This document shows, in pieces, positions 45,201 to 60,200 of a stretch of DNA of 64,000 bases. Location: positions 13,640,001 to 13,704,000 of the forward strand of contig OZ024742.1 of NCBI GenBank assembly GCA_964016885.1, given 5' to 3'. Position 1 is the stretch's first letter. The number at the start of each line of letters is the position of its first letter. A program made the position numbers and the translations under genes. This stretch comes from Eledone cirrhosa. Its lineage: Eukaryota. The notes below the pieces were generated by a model. The model was given only the letters and a program-made list of their open reading frames with translations. It had not been told where the DNA came from and did no database searches.

Positions 45201-48200
45201 CATGACAGTATCTTGGTCAGTCTATCACCTGTTTGACCCAGCCTCATATCTTGACTTGGTCATTCCATGACAGTATCTTGGTCAGTCTATCACCTGTTCC
45301 ACCCAGCCTCATATCTTGACTTGGTCATTCCATGACAGTATCTTGGTCAGTCTATCACCTGTTTGACCCAGCCTCATATCCTGACTTGGACATTCCATGA
45401 CAGTATCTTGGTCTGTCTATCACCTGTTTGACCCAGCCTCATATCTTGATTTGGTCATTCCATGACAGTATCTTGGTCAGTCTATCACCTGTTTGACCCA
45501 GCCTCATATCTTGACTTGGTCATTCCATGACAGTATCTTGGTCAGTCTATCACCTGTTCCACCCAGCCTCATATCTTGATTTGGTCATTCCATGACAGTA
45601 TCTTGGTCAGTCTATCTCCTGTTTGACCCAGCCTCATATCTTGACTCGGTCATTCCATGACAGTATCTTGGTCAGTCTAGCACCTGTTTGACCCAGCCTC
45701 ATATCTTGACTTGGTCATTCCATGACAGTATCTTGGTCAGTCTATCACCTGTTTGACCCAGCCTTATATCTTGACTTGGTCATTCCATGACAGTATCTTG
45801 GTCAGTCTATCACCTGTTTGACCCAGCCTCATATCTTGACTTCGTCATTCCATGACAGTATCGTGGTCAGTCTATCACCTGTTTGACCCAGCCTCATATC
45901 TTGATTTGGTCATTCCATGACAGTATCTTGGTCAGTTTATCACCTGTTTGACCCAGCCTCATATCTTGACTTGGTCATTCCATGACAGTATCTTGGTCAG
46001 TCTATCACCTGTTTGACCCAGCCTCATATCTTGACTTGGTCATTCCATGACAGTATCTTGGTCAGTCTATCACCTGTTTGACCCAGCCTTATATCTTGAC
46101 TTGGTCATTCCATGACAGTATCTTGGTCAGTCTATCACCTGTTTGACCCAGCCTCATATCTTGATTTGTTCATTCCATGACAGTATCTTGGTCAGTTTAT
46201 CTCCTGTTTGACCCAGCCTCATATCTTGACTTGGTCATTCCATGACATTATCTTGGTCAGTCTATCACCTGTTTGACCCAGCCTCGTATCTTGACTTGGT
46301 CATTCCATGACAGTATCTTGGTCAGTCTATCACCTGTTTGACCCAGCCTCGTATCTCTACTTGGTCATTCCATGACAGTATCTTGGTCAGTCTATCACCT
46401 GTTTGACCCAGCCTCATATCTTGATTTGTTCATTCCATGACAGTATCTTGGTCAGTTTATCTCCTGTTCCACCCAGCCTCATATCTTGACTTGGTCATTC
46501 CTTGAGAGTATCTTGGTCAGTCTATCACCTGTTTGACCCAGCCTCATATCTTGACTTGGTCATCCCATGACAGTATCGTGGTCAGTCTATCACCTGTTCC
46601 ACCCAGCCTCATATCTTGACTTGGTCATTCCATGACAGTATCTTGGTCAGTCTATCACCTGTTTGACCCAGCCTCATATCTTGACTTGGTCATTCCATGA
46701 GAGTATCTTGGTCAGTCTATCACCTGTTCCACCCAGCCTCATATCTTGACTTGGTCATTCCATGACAGTATCTTGGTCAGTCTATCACCTGTTTGACCCA
46801 GCCTCATATCCTGACTTGGACATTCCATGACAGTATCTTGGTCAGTCTATCACCTGTTCCACCCAGCCTCATATCTTGACTTGGTCATTCCATGACAGTA
46901 TCTTGGTCAGTCTATCACCTGTTTGACCCAGCCTTATATCTTGACTTGATCATTCCATGACAGTATCTTGGTCAATTTATCACCTGTTTGACCCAGCCTC
47001 ATATCCTGACTTGTTCATTCCATGACAGTATCTTGGTCAGTCTATCACCTGTTCCACCCAGCCTCATAACTTGACTTGGTCATTCCATGACAGTATCTTG
47101 GTCAGTGTATCACCTGTTTGACCCAGCCTTATATCTTGACTTGGTCACTCCATGACAGTATCTTGGTCAGTTCATCACCTGTTTGACCCAGCCTCATATC
47201 TTGACTTGGTCATTCCATGACAGTATCTTGGTCAGTCTATCACCTGTTTGACCAAGCCTCATATCTTGACTTGGTCATTCCATGACAGTATCTTGGTCAG
47301 TCTATCTCCTCTTTGACCCAGCCTCATATCTTGACTTGGTCATTCCATGACGGTATATTGGTCAGTCTATAACCTGTTTGACCCAGCCTCATATCTTGAC
47401 TTGGTCATTCCATGACAGTATCTTGGTCAGTCTATCACCTGTTCCACCCAGCCTCATATCTTGACTTGGTCATACCATGACAGTATCTTGGTCAGTCTAT
47501 CACCTGTTTGACCCAGCCTCATATCTTGACTTGGTCATTCCATGACAGTATCTTGGTCAGTCCATCTCCTGTTTGACCCAGCCTCATATCTTGATTTGGT
47601 CATTCCATGACAGTATCTTGGTCAGTCTATCACCTGTTCCACCCAGCCTCATATCTTGACTTGGTCATTCCATGTCAGTATCTTGGTCAGTCTATCACCT
47701 GTTTCACCCAGCCTCATAACTTGACTTGGTCATTCCATGACAGTATCTTGGTCAGTGTATCACCTGTTTGACCCAGCCTTATATCTTGACTTTGTCATTC
47801 CATGACAGTATCTTGGTCAGTCTATCACCTGTTTGACCCAGCCTCATATCTTGACTTGGTCATTCCATGACAGTATCGTGGTCAGTCTAGCACCTGTTTG
47901 ACCCAGCCTCATATCTTGACTTGGTCATTGCATGACAGTATCTTGGTCAGTCTATCACCTGTTTGACCCAGCCTTATATCTTGACTTGGTCATTCCATGA
48001 CAGTATCTTGGTCAGTCTATCACCTGTTTGACCCAGCCTCATATCTTGACTTGGTCATTCCATGACAGTATCGTGGTCAGTCTATCACCTGTTTGACCCA
48101 GCCTCATATCTTGATTTGGTCATTCCATGACAGTATCTTGGTCAGTCTATCACCTGTTTGACCCAGCCTTATATCTTGACTTGGTCATTCCATGACAGTA

Positions 48201-51200
48201 TCTTGGTCAGTCTATCACCTGTTTGACCCAGCCTCATATCTTGATTTGTTCATTCCATGACAGTATCTTGGTCAGTTTATCTCCTGTTTGACCCAGCCTC
48301 ATATCTTCACTTGGTCATTCCATGACATTATCTTGGTCAGTCTATCACCTGTTTGACCCAGCCTCGTATCTTGACTTGGTCATTCCATGACAGTATCTTG
48401 GTCAGTCTATCACCTGTTTGACCCAGCCTCGTATCTCTACTTGGTCATTCCATGACAGTATCTTGGTCAGTCTATCACCTGTTTGACCCAGCCTCATATC
48501 TTGACATGGTCATTCCATGACAGTATCTGGGTCAGTCCATCTCCTGTTCCACCCAGCCTCATATCTTGACTTGGTCATTCCTTGAGAGTATCTTGGTCAG
48601 TCTATCACTTGTTTGACCCAGCCTCATATCTTGACTTGGTCATTCCATGACAGTATCGTGGTCAGTCTATCACCTGTTCCACCCAGCCTCATATCTTGAC
48701 TTGGTCATTCCATGACAGTATCTTGGTCAGTCTATCACCTGTTTGACCCAGCCTCATATCTTGACTTGGTCATTCCATGACAGTATCTTGGTCAGTCTAT
48801 AACCTGTTCCACCCAGCCTCATATCTTGACTTGGTCATTCCATGACAGTATCTTGGTCAGTCTATTACCTGTTTGACCCAGCCTCATATCCTGACTTGGA
48901 CATTCCATGACAGTATCTTGGTCAGTCTATCACCTGTTTGACCCAGCCTCATATCTTGACTTGGTCATTCCATGACAGTATCTTGGTCAGTCTATCACCT
49001 GTTTGACCCAGCCTCATATCTTGATTTGTTCATTCCATGACAGTATCTTGGTCAGTTTATCTCCTGTTTGACCCAGCCTCATATCTTGACTTGGTCATTC
49101 CATGACATTATCTTGGTCAGTCTATCACCTGTTTGACCCAGCCTCGTATCTTGACTTGGTCATTCCATGACAGTATCTTGGTCAGTCTATCACCTGTTTG
49201 ACCCAGCCTCGTATCTCTACTTGGTCATTCCATGACAGTATCTTGGTCAGTCTATCACCTGTTTGACCCAGCCTCATATCTTGATTTGTTCATTCCATGA
49301 CAGTATCTTGGTCAGTTTATCTCCTGTTCCACCCAGCCTCATATCTTGACTTGGTCATTCCTTGAGAGTATCTTGGTCAGTCTATCACCTGTTTGACCCA
49401 GCCTCATATCTTGACTTGGTCATCCCATGACAGTATCGTGGTCAGTCTATCACCTGTTCCACCCAGCCTCATATCTTGACTTGGTCATTCCATGACAGTA
49501 TCTTGGTCAGTCTATCACCTGTTTGACCCAGCCTCATATCTTGACTTGGTCATTCCATGAGAGTATCTTGGTCAGTCTATCACCTGTTCCACCCAGCCTC
49601 ATATCTTGACTTGGTCATTCCATGACAGTATCTTGGTCAGTCTATCACCTGTTTGACCCAGCCTCATATCCTGACTTGGACATTCCATGACAGTATCTTG
49701 GTCAGTCTATCACCTGTTCCACCCAGCCTCATATCTTGACTTGGTCATTCCATGACAGTATCTTGGTCAGTCTATCACCTGTTTGACCCAGCCTTATATC
49801 TTGACTTGATCATTCCATGACAGTATCTTGGTCAATTTATCACCTGTTTGACCCAGCCTCATATCCTGACTTGTTCATTCCATGACAGTATCTTGGTCAG
49901 TCTATCACCTGTTCCACCCAGCCTCATAACTTGACTTGGTCATTCCATGACAGTATCTTGGTCAGTGTATCACCTGTTTGACCCAGCCTTATATCTTGAC
50001 TTGGTCACTCCATGACAGTATCTTGGTCAGTTCATCACCTGTTTGACCCAGCCTCATATCTTGACTTGGTCATTCCATGACAGTATCTTGGTCAGTCTAT
50101 CACCTGTTTGACCAAGCCTCATATCTTGACTTGGTCATTCCATGACAGTATCTTGGTCAGTCTATCTCCTCTTTGACCCAGCCTCATATCTTGACTTGGT
50201 CATTCCATGACGGTATATTGGTCAGTCTATAACCTGTTTGACCCAGCCTCATATCTTGACTTGGTCATTCCATGACAGTATCTTGGTCAGTCTATCACCT
50301 GTTCCACCCAGCCTCATATCTTGACTTGGTCATACCATGACAGTATCTTGGTCAGTCTATCACCTGTTTGACCCAGCCTCATATCTTGACTTGGTCATTC
50401 CATGACAGTATCTTGGTCAGTCCATCTCCTGTTTGACCCAGCCTCATATCTTGATTTGGTCATTCCATGACAGTATCTTGGTCAGTCTATCACCTGTTCC
50501 ACCCAGCCTCATATCTTGACTTGGTCATTCCATGTCAGTATCTTGGTCAGTCTATCACCTGTTTCACCCAGCCTCATAACTTGACTTGGTCATTCCATGA
50601 CAGTATCTTGGTCAGTGTATCACCTGTTTGACCCAGCCTTATATCTTGACTTTGTCATTCCATGACAGTATCTTGGTCAGTCTATCACCTGTTTGACCCA
50701 GCCTCATATCTTGACTTGGTCATTCCATGACAGTATCGTGGTCAGTCTAGCACCTGTTTGACCCAGCCTCATATCTTGACTTGGTCATTGCATGACAGTA
50801 TCTTGGTCAGTCTATCACCTGTTTGACCCAGCCTTATATCTTGACTTGGTCATTCCATGACAGTATCTTGGTCAGTCTATCACCTGTTTGACCCAGCCTC
50901 ATATCTTGACTTGGTCATTCCATGACAGTATCGTGGTCAGTCTATCACCTGTTTGACCCAGCCTCATATCTTGATTTGGTCATTCCATGACAGTATCTTG
51001 GTCAGTCTATCACCTGTTTGACCCAGCCTTATATCTTGACTTGGTCATTCCATGACAGTATCTTGGTCAGTCTATCACCTGTTTGACCCAGCCTCATATC
51101 TTGATTTGTTCATTCCATGACAGTATCTTGGTCAGTTTATCTCCTGTTTGACCCAGCCTCATATCTTCACTTGGTCATTCCATGACATTATCTTGGTCAG

Positions 51201-54200
51201 TCTATCACCTGTTTGACCCAGCCTCGTATCTTGACTTGGTCATTCCATGACAGTATCTTGGTCAGTCTATCACCTGTTTGACCCAGCCTCGTATCTCTAC
51301 TTGGTCATTCCATGACAGTATCTTGGTCAGTCTATCACCTGTTTGACCCAGCCTCATATCTTGACATGGTCATTCCATGACAGTATCTGGGTCAGTCCAT
51401 CTCCTGTTCCACCCAGCCTCATATCTTGACTTGGTCATTCCTTGAGAGTATCTTGGTCAGTCTATCACTTGTTTGACCCAGCCTCATATCTTGACTTGGT
51501 CATTCCATGACAGTATCGTGGTCAGTCTATCACCTGTTCCACCCAGCCTCATATCTTGACTTGGTCATTCCATGACAGTATCTTGGTCAGTCTATCACCT
51601 GTTTGACCCAGCCTCATATCTTGACTTGGTCATTCCATGACAGTATCTTGGTCAGTCTATAACCTGTTCCACCCAGCCTCATATCTTGACTTGGTCATTC
51701 CATGACAGTATCTTGGTCAGTCTATCACCTGTTTGACCCAGCCTCATATCCTGACTTGGACATTCCATGACAGTATCTTGGTCAGTCTATCACCTGTTTG
51801 ACCCAGCCTCATATCTTGACTTGGTCATTCCATGACAGTATCTTGGTCAGTGTATCACCTGTTTGACCCAGCCTTATATCTTGACTTGGTCATTCCATGA
51901 CAGTATCTTGGTCAGTTTATCACCTGTTTGACCCAGCCTCATATCTTGACTTGGTCATTCCATGACAGTATCTTGGTCAGTCTATCACCTGTTTGACCCA
52001 GCCTCATATCTTGACTTGGTCATTCCATGACAGTATCTTGGTCAGTCTATCACCTGTTTGACCAAGCCTCATATCTTGACTTGGTCATTCCATGACAGTA
52101 TCTTGGTCAGTCTATCTCCTGTTTGACCCAGCCTCATATCTTGACTTGGTCATTCCATGACGGTATATTGGTCAGTCTATCACCTGTTTGACCCAGCCTC
52201 ATATCTTGACTTGGTCATTCCATGACAGTATCTTGGTCAGTCTATCACCTGTTCCACCCGGCCTCATATCTTGACTTGGTCATTCCATGACAGTATCTTG
52301 GTCAGTCTATCACCTGTTTGACCCAGCCTCATATCTTGACTTGGTCATTCCATGACAGTATCTTGGTCAGTCTATCTCCTGTTTGACCCAGCCTCATATC
52401 TTGACTTGGTCATTCCATGACAGTATCTTGGTCAGTCTATCACATGTTTGACCCAGCCTCATATCTTGATTTGGTCATTCCATGACAGTATCTTGGTCAG
52501 TCTATCACCTGTTCCACCCAGCCTCATATCTTGACTTGGTCATTCCATGACAGTATCTTGGTCAGTCTATCACCTGTTTGACCCAGCCTTATAACTTGAC
52601 TTGGTCATTCCATGACAGTATCTTGGTCAGTCTATCACCTGTTCCACCCAGCCTTATAACTTGACTTGGTCATTCCATGACATTATCTTGGTCAGTCTAT
52701 CACCTGTTTGACCCAGCCTCGTATCTTGACTTGGTCATTCCATGACAGTATCTTGGTCAGTCTATCACCTGTTTGACCCAGCCTCGTATCTCTACTTGGT
52801 CATTCCATGACAGTATCTTGGTCAGTCTATCACCTGTTTGACCCAGCCTCATATCTTGACATGGTCATTCCATGACAGTATCTGAGTCAGTCTATCTCCT
52901 GTTCCACCCAGCCTCATATCTTGACTTGGTCATTCCTTGAGAGTATCTTGGTCAGTCTATCACTTGTTTGACCCAGCCTCATATCTTGACTTGGTCATTC
53001 CATGACAGTGTCGTGGTCAGTCTATCACCTGTTCCACCCAGCCTCATATCTTGACTTGGTCATTCCATGACAGTATCTTGGTCAGTCTATCACCTGTTTG
53101 ACCCAGCCTCATATCTTGACTTGGTCATTCCATGACAGTATCTTGGTCAGTCTATAACCTGTTCCACCCAGCCTCATATCTTGACTTGGTCATTCCATGA
53201 CAGTATCTTGGTCAGTCTATCACCTGTTCCACTCAGCCTCATATCTTGACTTGGTCATACCATGACAGTATCTTGGTCAGTCTATCACCTGTTTGACCCA
53301 GACTCATATCTTGACTTGGTCATTCCATGACAGTATCTTGGTCAGTCCATCTCCTGTTTGACCCAGCCTCATATCTTGATTTGGTCATTCCATGACAGTA
53401 TCTTGGTCAGTCTATCACCTGTTCCACCCAGCCTCATATCTTGACTTGGTCATTCCATGTCAGTATCTTGGTCAGTCTATCACCTGTTTCACCCAGCCTC
53501 ATAACTTGACTTGGTCATTCCATGACAGTATCTTGGTCAGTGTATCACCTGTTTGACCCAGCCTTATATCTTGACTTTGTCATTCCATGACAGTATCTTG
53601 GTCAGTCTATCACCTGTTTGACCCAGCCTCATATCTTGACTTGGTCATTCCATGACAGTATCGTGGTCAGTCTAGCACCTGTTTGACCCAGCCTCATATC
53701 TTGACTTGGTCATTGCATGACAGTATCTTGGTCAGTCTATCACCTGTTTGACCCAGCCTTATATCTTGACTTGGTCATTCCATGACAGTATCTTGGTCAG
53801 TCTATCACCTGTTTGACCCAGCCTCATATCTTGACTTGGTCATTCCATGACAGTATCGTGGTCAGTCTATCACCTGTTTGACCCAGCCTCATATCTTGAT
53901 TTGGTCATTCCATGACAGTATCTTGGTCAGTCTATCACCTGTTTGACCCAGCCTTATATCTTGACTTGGTCATTCCATGACAGTATCTTGGTCAGTCTAT
54001 CACCTGTTTGACCCAGCCTCATATCTTGATTTGTTCATTCCATGACAGTATCTTGGTCAGTTTATCTCCTGTTTGACCCAGCCTCATATCTTCACTTGGT
54101 CATTCCATGACATTATCTTGGTCAGTCTATCACCTGTTTGACCCAGCCTCGTATCTTCACTTGGTCATTCCATGACAGTATCTTGGTCAGTCTATCACCT

Positions 54201-57200
54201 GTTTGACCCAGCCTCATATCTTGACATGGTCATTCCATGACAGTATCTGGGTCAGTCTATCTCCTGTTCCACCCAGCCTCATATCTTGACTTGGTCATTC
54301 CTTGAGAGTATCTTGGTCAGTCTATCACTTGTTTGACCCAGCCTCATATCTTGACTTGGTCATTCCATGACAGTATCGTGGTCAGTCTATCACCTGTTCC
54401 ACCCAGCCTCATATCTTGACTTGGTCATTCCATGACAGTATCTTGGTCAGTGTATCACCTGTTTGACCCAGCCTCATATCTTGACTTGGTCATTCCATGA
54501 CAGTATCTTGGTCAGTCTATAACCTGTTCCACCCAGCCTCATATCTTGACTTGGTCATTCCATGACAGTATCTTGGTCAGTCTATCACCTGTTTGACCCA
54601 GCCTCATATCCTGACTTGGACATTCCATGACAGTATCTTGGTCAGTCTATCACCTGTTTGACCCAGCCTCATATCTTGACTTGGTCATTCCATGACAGTA
54701 TCTTGGTCAGTGTATCACATGTTTGACCCAGCCTTATATCTTGACTTGGTCATTCCATGACAGTATCTTGGTCAGTTTATCACCTGTTTGACCCAGCCTC
54801 ATATCTTGACTTGGTCATTCCATGACAGTATCTTGGTCAGTCTATCACCTGTTTGACCCAGCCTCATATCTTGACTTGGTCATTCCATGACAGTATCTTG
54901 GTCAGTCTATCACCTGTTTGACCAAGCCTCATATCTTGACTTGGTCATTCCATGACAGTATCTTGGTCAGTCTATCTCCTGTTTGACCCAGCCTCATATC
55001 TTGACTTGGTCATTCCATGACGGTATATTGGTCAGTCTATCACCTGTTTGACCCAGCCTCATATCTTGACTTGGTCATTCCATGACAGTATCTTGGTCAG
55101 TCTATCACCTGTTCCACCCAGCCTCATATCTTGACTTGGTCATTCCATGACAGTATCTTGGTCAGTCTATCACCTGTTTGACCCAGCCTCATATCTTGAC
55201 TTGGTCATTCCATGACAGTATCTTGGTCAGTCTATCTCCTGTTTGACCCAGCCTCATATCTTGACTTGGTCATTCCATGACAGTATCTTGGTCAGTCTAT
55301 CACATGTTTGACCCAGCCTCATATCTTGATTTGGTCATTCCATGACAGTATCTTGGTCAGTCTATAACCTGTTCCACCCAGCCTCATATCTTGACTTGGT
55401 CATTCCATGACAGTATCTTGGTCAGTCTATCACCTGTTTGACCCAGCCTTATAACTTGACTTGGTCATTCCATGACAGTATCTTGGTCAGTCTATCACCT
55501 GTTCCACCCAGCCTTATAACTTGACTTGGTCATTCCATGACATTATCTTGGTCAGTCTATCACCTGTTTGACCCAGCCTCGTATCTTGACTTGGTCATTC
55601 CATGACAGTATCTTGGTCAGTCTATCACCTGTTTGACCCAGCCTCGTATCTCTACTTGGTCATTCCATGACAGTATCTTGGTCAGTCTATCACCTGTTTG
55701 ACCCAGCCTCATATCTTGACATGGTCATTCCATGACAGTATCTGAGTCAGTCTATCTCCTGTTCCACCCAGCCTCATATCTTGACTTGGTCATTCCTTGA
55801 GAGTATCTTGGTCAGTCTATCACTTGTTTGACCCAGCCTCATATCTTGACTTGGTCATTCCATGACAGTGTCGTGGTCAGTCTATCACCTGTTCCACCCA
55901 GCCTCATATCTTGACTTGGTCATTCCATGACAGTATCTTGGTCAGTCTATCACCTGTTTGACCCAGCCTCATATCTTGACTTGGTCATTCCATGACAGTA
56001 TCTTGGTCAGTCTATAACCTGTTCCACCCAGCCTCATATCTTGACTTGGTCATTCCATGACAGTATCTTGGTCAGTCTATCACCTGTTTGACCCAGCCTC
56101 ATATCCTGACTTGGACATTCCATGACAGTATCTTGGTCAGTCTATCACCTGTTTGACCCAGCCTCATATCTTGACTTGGTCATTCCATGACAGTATCTTG
56201 GTCAGTGTATCACCTGTTTGACCCAGCCTTATATCTTGACTTGGTCATTCCATGACAGTATCTTGGTCAGTTTATCACCTGTTTGACCCAGCCTCATATC
56301 TTGACTTGGTCATTCCATGACAGTATCTTGGTCAGTGTATCACCTGTTTGACCCAGCCTCATATCTTGACTTGGTCATTCCATGACAGTATCTTGGTCAG
56401 TCTATCACCTGTTTGACCAAGCCTCATATCTTGACTTGGTCATTCCATGACAGTATCTTGGTCAGTCTATCTCCTGTTTGACCCAGCCTCATATCTTGAC
56501 TTGGTCATTCCATGACGGTATATTGGTCAGTCTATCACCTGTTTGACCCAGCCTCATATCTTGACTTGGTCATTCCATGACAGTATCTTGGTCAGTCTAT
56601 CACCTGTTCCACCCAGCCTCATATCTTGACTTGGTCATTCCATGACAGTATCTTGGTCAGTCTATCACCTGTTTGACCCAGCCTCATATCTTGACTTGGT
56701 CATTCCATGACAGTATCTTGGTCAGTCTATCTCCTGTTTGACCCAGCCTCATATCTTGACTTGGTCATTCCATGACAGTATCTTGGTCAGTCTATCACAT
56801 GTTTGACCCAGCCTCATATCTTGATTTGGTCATTCCATGACAGTATCTTGGTCAGTCTATCACCTGTTCCACCCAGCCTCATATCTTGACTTGGTCATTC
56901 CATGACAGTATCTTGGTCAGTCTATCACCTGTTTGACCCAGCCTTATAACTTGACTTGGTCATTCCATGACAGTATCTTGGTCAGTCTATCACCTGTTCC
57001 ACCCAGCCTCATATCTTGACTTGGTCATTCCATGACAGTATCTTGGTCAGTCTATCACCTATTCCACCCAGCCTCATATCTTGACTTGGTCATTCCATGA
57101 CAGTATCTTGGTCAGTCTATCACCTGTTTGACCCAGCCTTATATCTTCACTTGGTCATTCCATGACAGTATCGTGGTCAGTCTAGCACCTGTTTGACCCA

Positions 57201-60200
57201 GCCTCATATCTTGATTTGGTCGTTCCATGACAGTATCTTGGTCAGTCTATCACCTGTTTGACCCAGCCTCATATCCTGACTTGGACATTCCATGACAGTA
57301 TCTTGGTCAGTCTATCACCTGTTCCACCCAGCCTCATATCTTGACTTGGTCATTCCATGACAGTATCTTGGTCAGTCTATCACCTGTTTGACCCAGCCTT
57401 ATATCTTGACTTGATCATTCCATGACAGTATCTTGGTCAGTTTATCACCTGTTTGACCCAGCCTCATATCCTGACTCGTTCATTCCATGACAATATCTTG
57501 GTCAGTCTATCACCTGTTCCACCCAGCCTCATAACTTGACTTGGTCATTCCATGACAGTATCTTGGTCAGTGTATCACCTGTTTGAACCAGCCTTATATC
57601 TTGACTTGGTCATTCCATGACAGTATCTTGGTCAGTTTATCACCTGTTTGACCCAGCCTCATATCTTGACTTGGTCATTCCATGACAGTATCTTGGTCAG
57701 TCTATCACCTGTTTGACCCAGCCTCATATCTTGACTTGGTCATTCCATGACAGTATCTTGGTCAGTCTATCACCTGTTTGACCAAGCCTCATATCTTGAC
57801 TTGGTCATTCCATGACAGTATCTTGGTCAGTCTATCTCCTGTTTGACCCAGCCTCATATCTTGACTTGGTCATTCCATGACGGTATATTGGTCAGTCTAT
57901 CACCTGTTTGACCCAGCCTCATATCTTGACTTGGTCATTCCATGACAGTATCTTGGTCAGTCTATCACCTGTTCCACCCAGCCTCATATCTTGATTTGGT
58001 CATACCATGACAGTATCTTGGTCAGTCTATCACCTGTTTGACCCAGCCTCATATCTTGACTTGGTCATTCCATGACAGTATCTTGGTCAGTCCATCTCCT
58101 GTTTGACCCAGCCTCATATCTTGACTTGGTCATTCCATGACAGTATCTTGGTCAGTCTATCACATGTTTGACTCAGCCTCATATCTTGATTTGGTCATTC
58201 CATGACAGTATCTTGGTCAGTCTATCACCTGTTCCACCCAGCCTCATATCTTGACTTGGTCATTCCATGACAGTATCTTGGTCAGTCTATCACCTGTTCC
58301 ACCCAACCTCATAACTTGACTTGGTCATTCCATGACAGTATCTTGGTCAGTGTATCACCTGTTTGACCCAGCCTTATATCTTGACTTGGTCATTCCATGA
58401 CAGTATCTTGGTCAGTTTATCACCTGTTTGACCCAGCCTCATATCTTGACTCTGTCATTCCATGACAGTATCTTGGTCAGTCTATCACCTGTTTGACCCA
58501 GCCTCATATCTTGACTTGGTCATTCCATGACAGTATCTTGGTCAGTCTATCACCTGTTTGACCAGGCCTCATATCTTGACTTGGTCATTCCATGACAGTA
58601 TCTTGGTCAGTCTATCTCCTGTTTGACCCAGCCTCATATCTTGACTTGGTCATTCCATGACGGTATATTGGTCAGTCTATCACCTGTTTGACCCAGCCTC
58701 ATATCTTGACTTGGTCATTCCATGACAGTATCTTGGTCAGTCTATCACCTGTTCCACCCAGCCTCATATCTTGATTTGGTCATAACATGACAGTATATTG
58801 GTCAGTCTATCACCTGTTTGACCCAGCCTCATATCTTGACTTGGTCATTCCATGACAGTATCTTGGTCAGTCCATCTCCTGTTTGACCCAGCCTCATATC
58901 TTGACTTGGTCATTCCATGACAGTATCTTGGTCAGTCTATCACATGTTTGACCCAGCCTCATATCTTGATTTGGTCATTCCATGACAGTATCTTGGTCAG
59001 TCTATCACCTGTTCCACCCAGCCTCATATCTTGACTTGGTCATTCCATGACAGTATCTTGGTCAGTCTATCACCTGTTCCACCCAGCCTCATAACTTGAC
59101 TTGGTCATTCCATGACAGTATCTTGGTCAGTGTATCACCTGTTTGACCCAGCCTTATATCTTGACTTGGTCATTCCATGACAGTATCTTGGTCAGTTTAT
59201 CACCTGTTTGACCCAGCCTCATATCTTGACTTGGTCATTCCATGACAGTATCTTGGTCAGTCTATCACCTGTTTGACCCAGCCTCATATCTTGACTTGGT
59301 CATTCCATGACAGTATCTTGGTCAGTCTATCACCTGTTTGACCAAGCCTCATATCTTGACTTGGTCATTCCATGACAGTATCTTGGTCAGTCTATCTCCT
59401 GTTTGACCCAGCCTCATATCTTGACTTGGTCATTCCATGACGGTATATTGGTCAGTCTATCACCTGTTTGACCCAGCCTCATATCTTGACTTGGTCATTC
59501 CATGACAGTATCTTGGTCAGTCTATCACCTGTTCCACCCAGCCTCATATCTTGACTTGGTCATTCCATGACAGTATCTTGGTCAGTCTATCACCTGTTTG
59601 ACCCAGCCTCATATCTTGACTTGGTCATTCCATGACAGTATCTTGGTCAGTCTATCTCCTGTTTGACCCAGCCTCATATCTTGAATTGGTCATTCCATGA
59701 CAGTATCTTGGTCAGTCTATCACATGTTTGACCCAGCCTCATATCTTGATTTGGTCATTCCATGACAGTATCTTGGTCAGTCTATCACCTGTTCCACCCA
59801 GCCTCATATCTTGACTTGGTCATTCCATGACAGTATCTTGGTCAGTCTATCACCTGTTTGACCCAGCCTTATATCTTGACTTGGTCATTCCATGACAGTA
59901 TCTTGGTCAGTCTATCACCTGTTTGACCCAGCCTCATATCTTGACTTGGTCATTCCATGACAGTATCTTGGTCAGTCTATCACATGTTTGACCCAGCCTC
60001 ATATCTTGATTTGGTCATTCCATGACAGTATCTTGGTCAGTCTATCACCTGTTCCACCCAGCCTCATATCTTAGCTTGGTCATTCCATGACAGTATCTTG
60101 GTCAGTCTATCACCTATTCCACCCAGCCTCATATCTTGATTTGGTCATTCCATGACAGTATCTTGGTCAGTCTATCACCTGTTTGACACAGCCTCATATC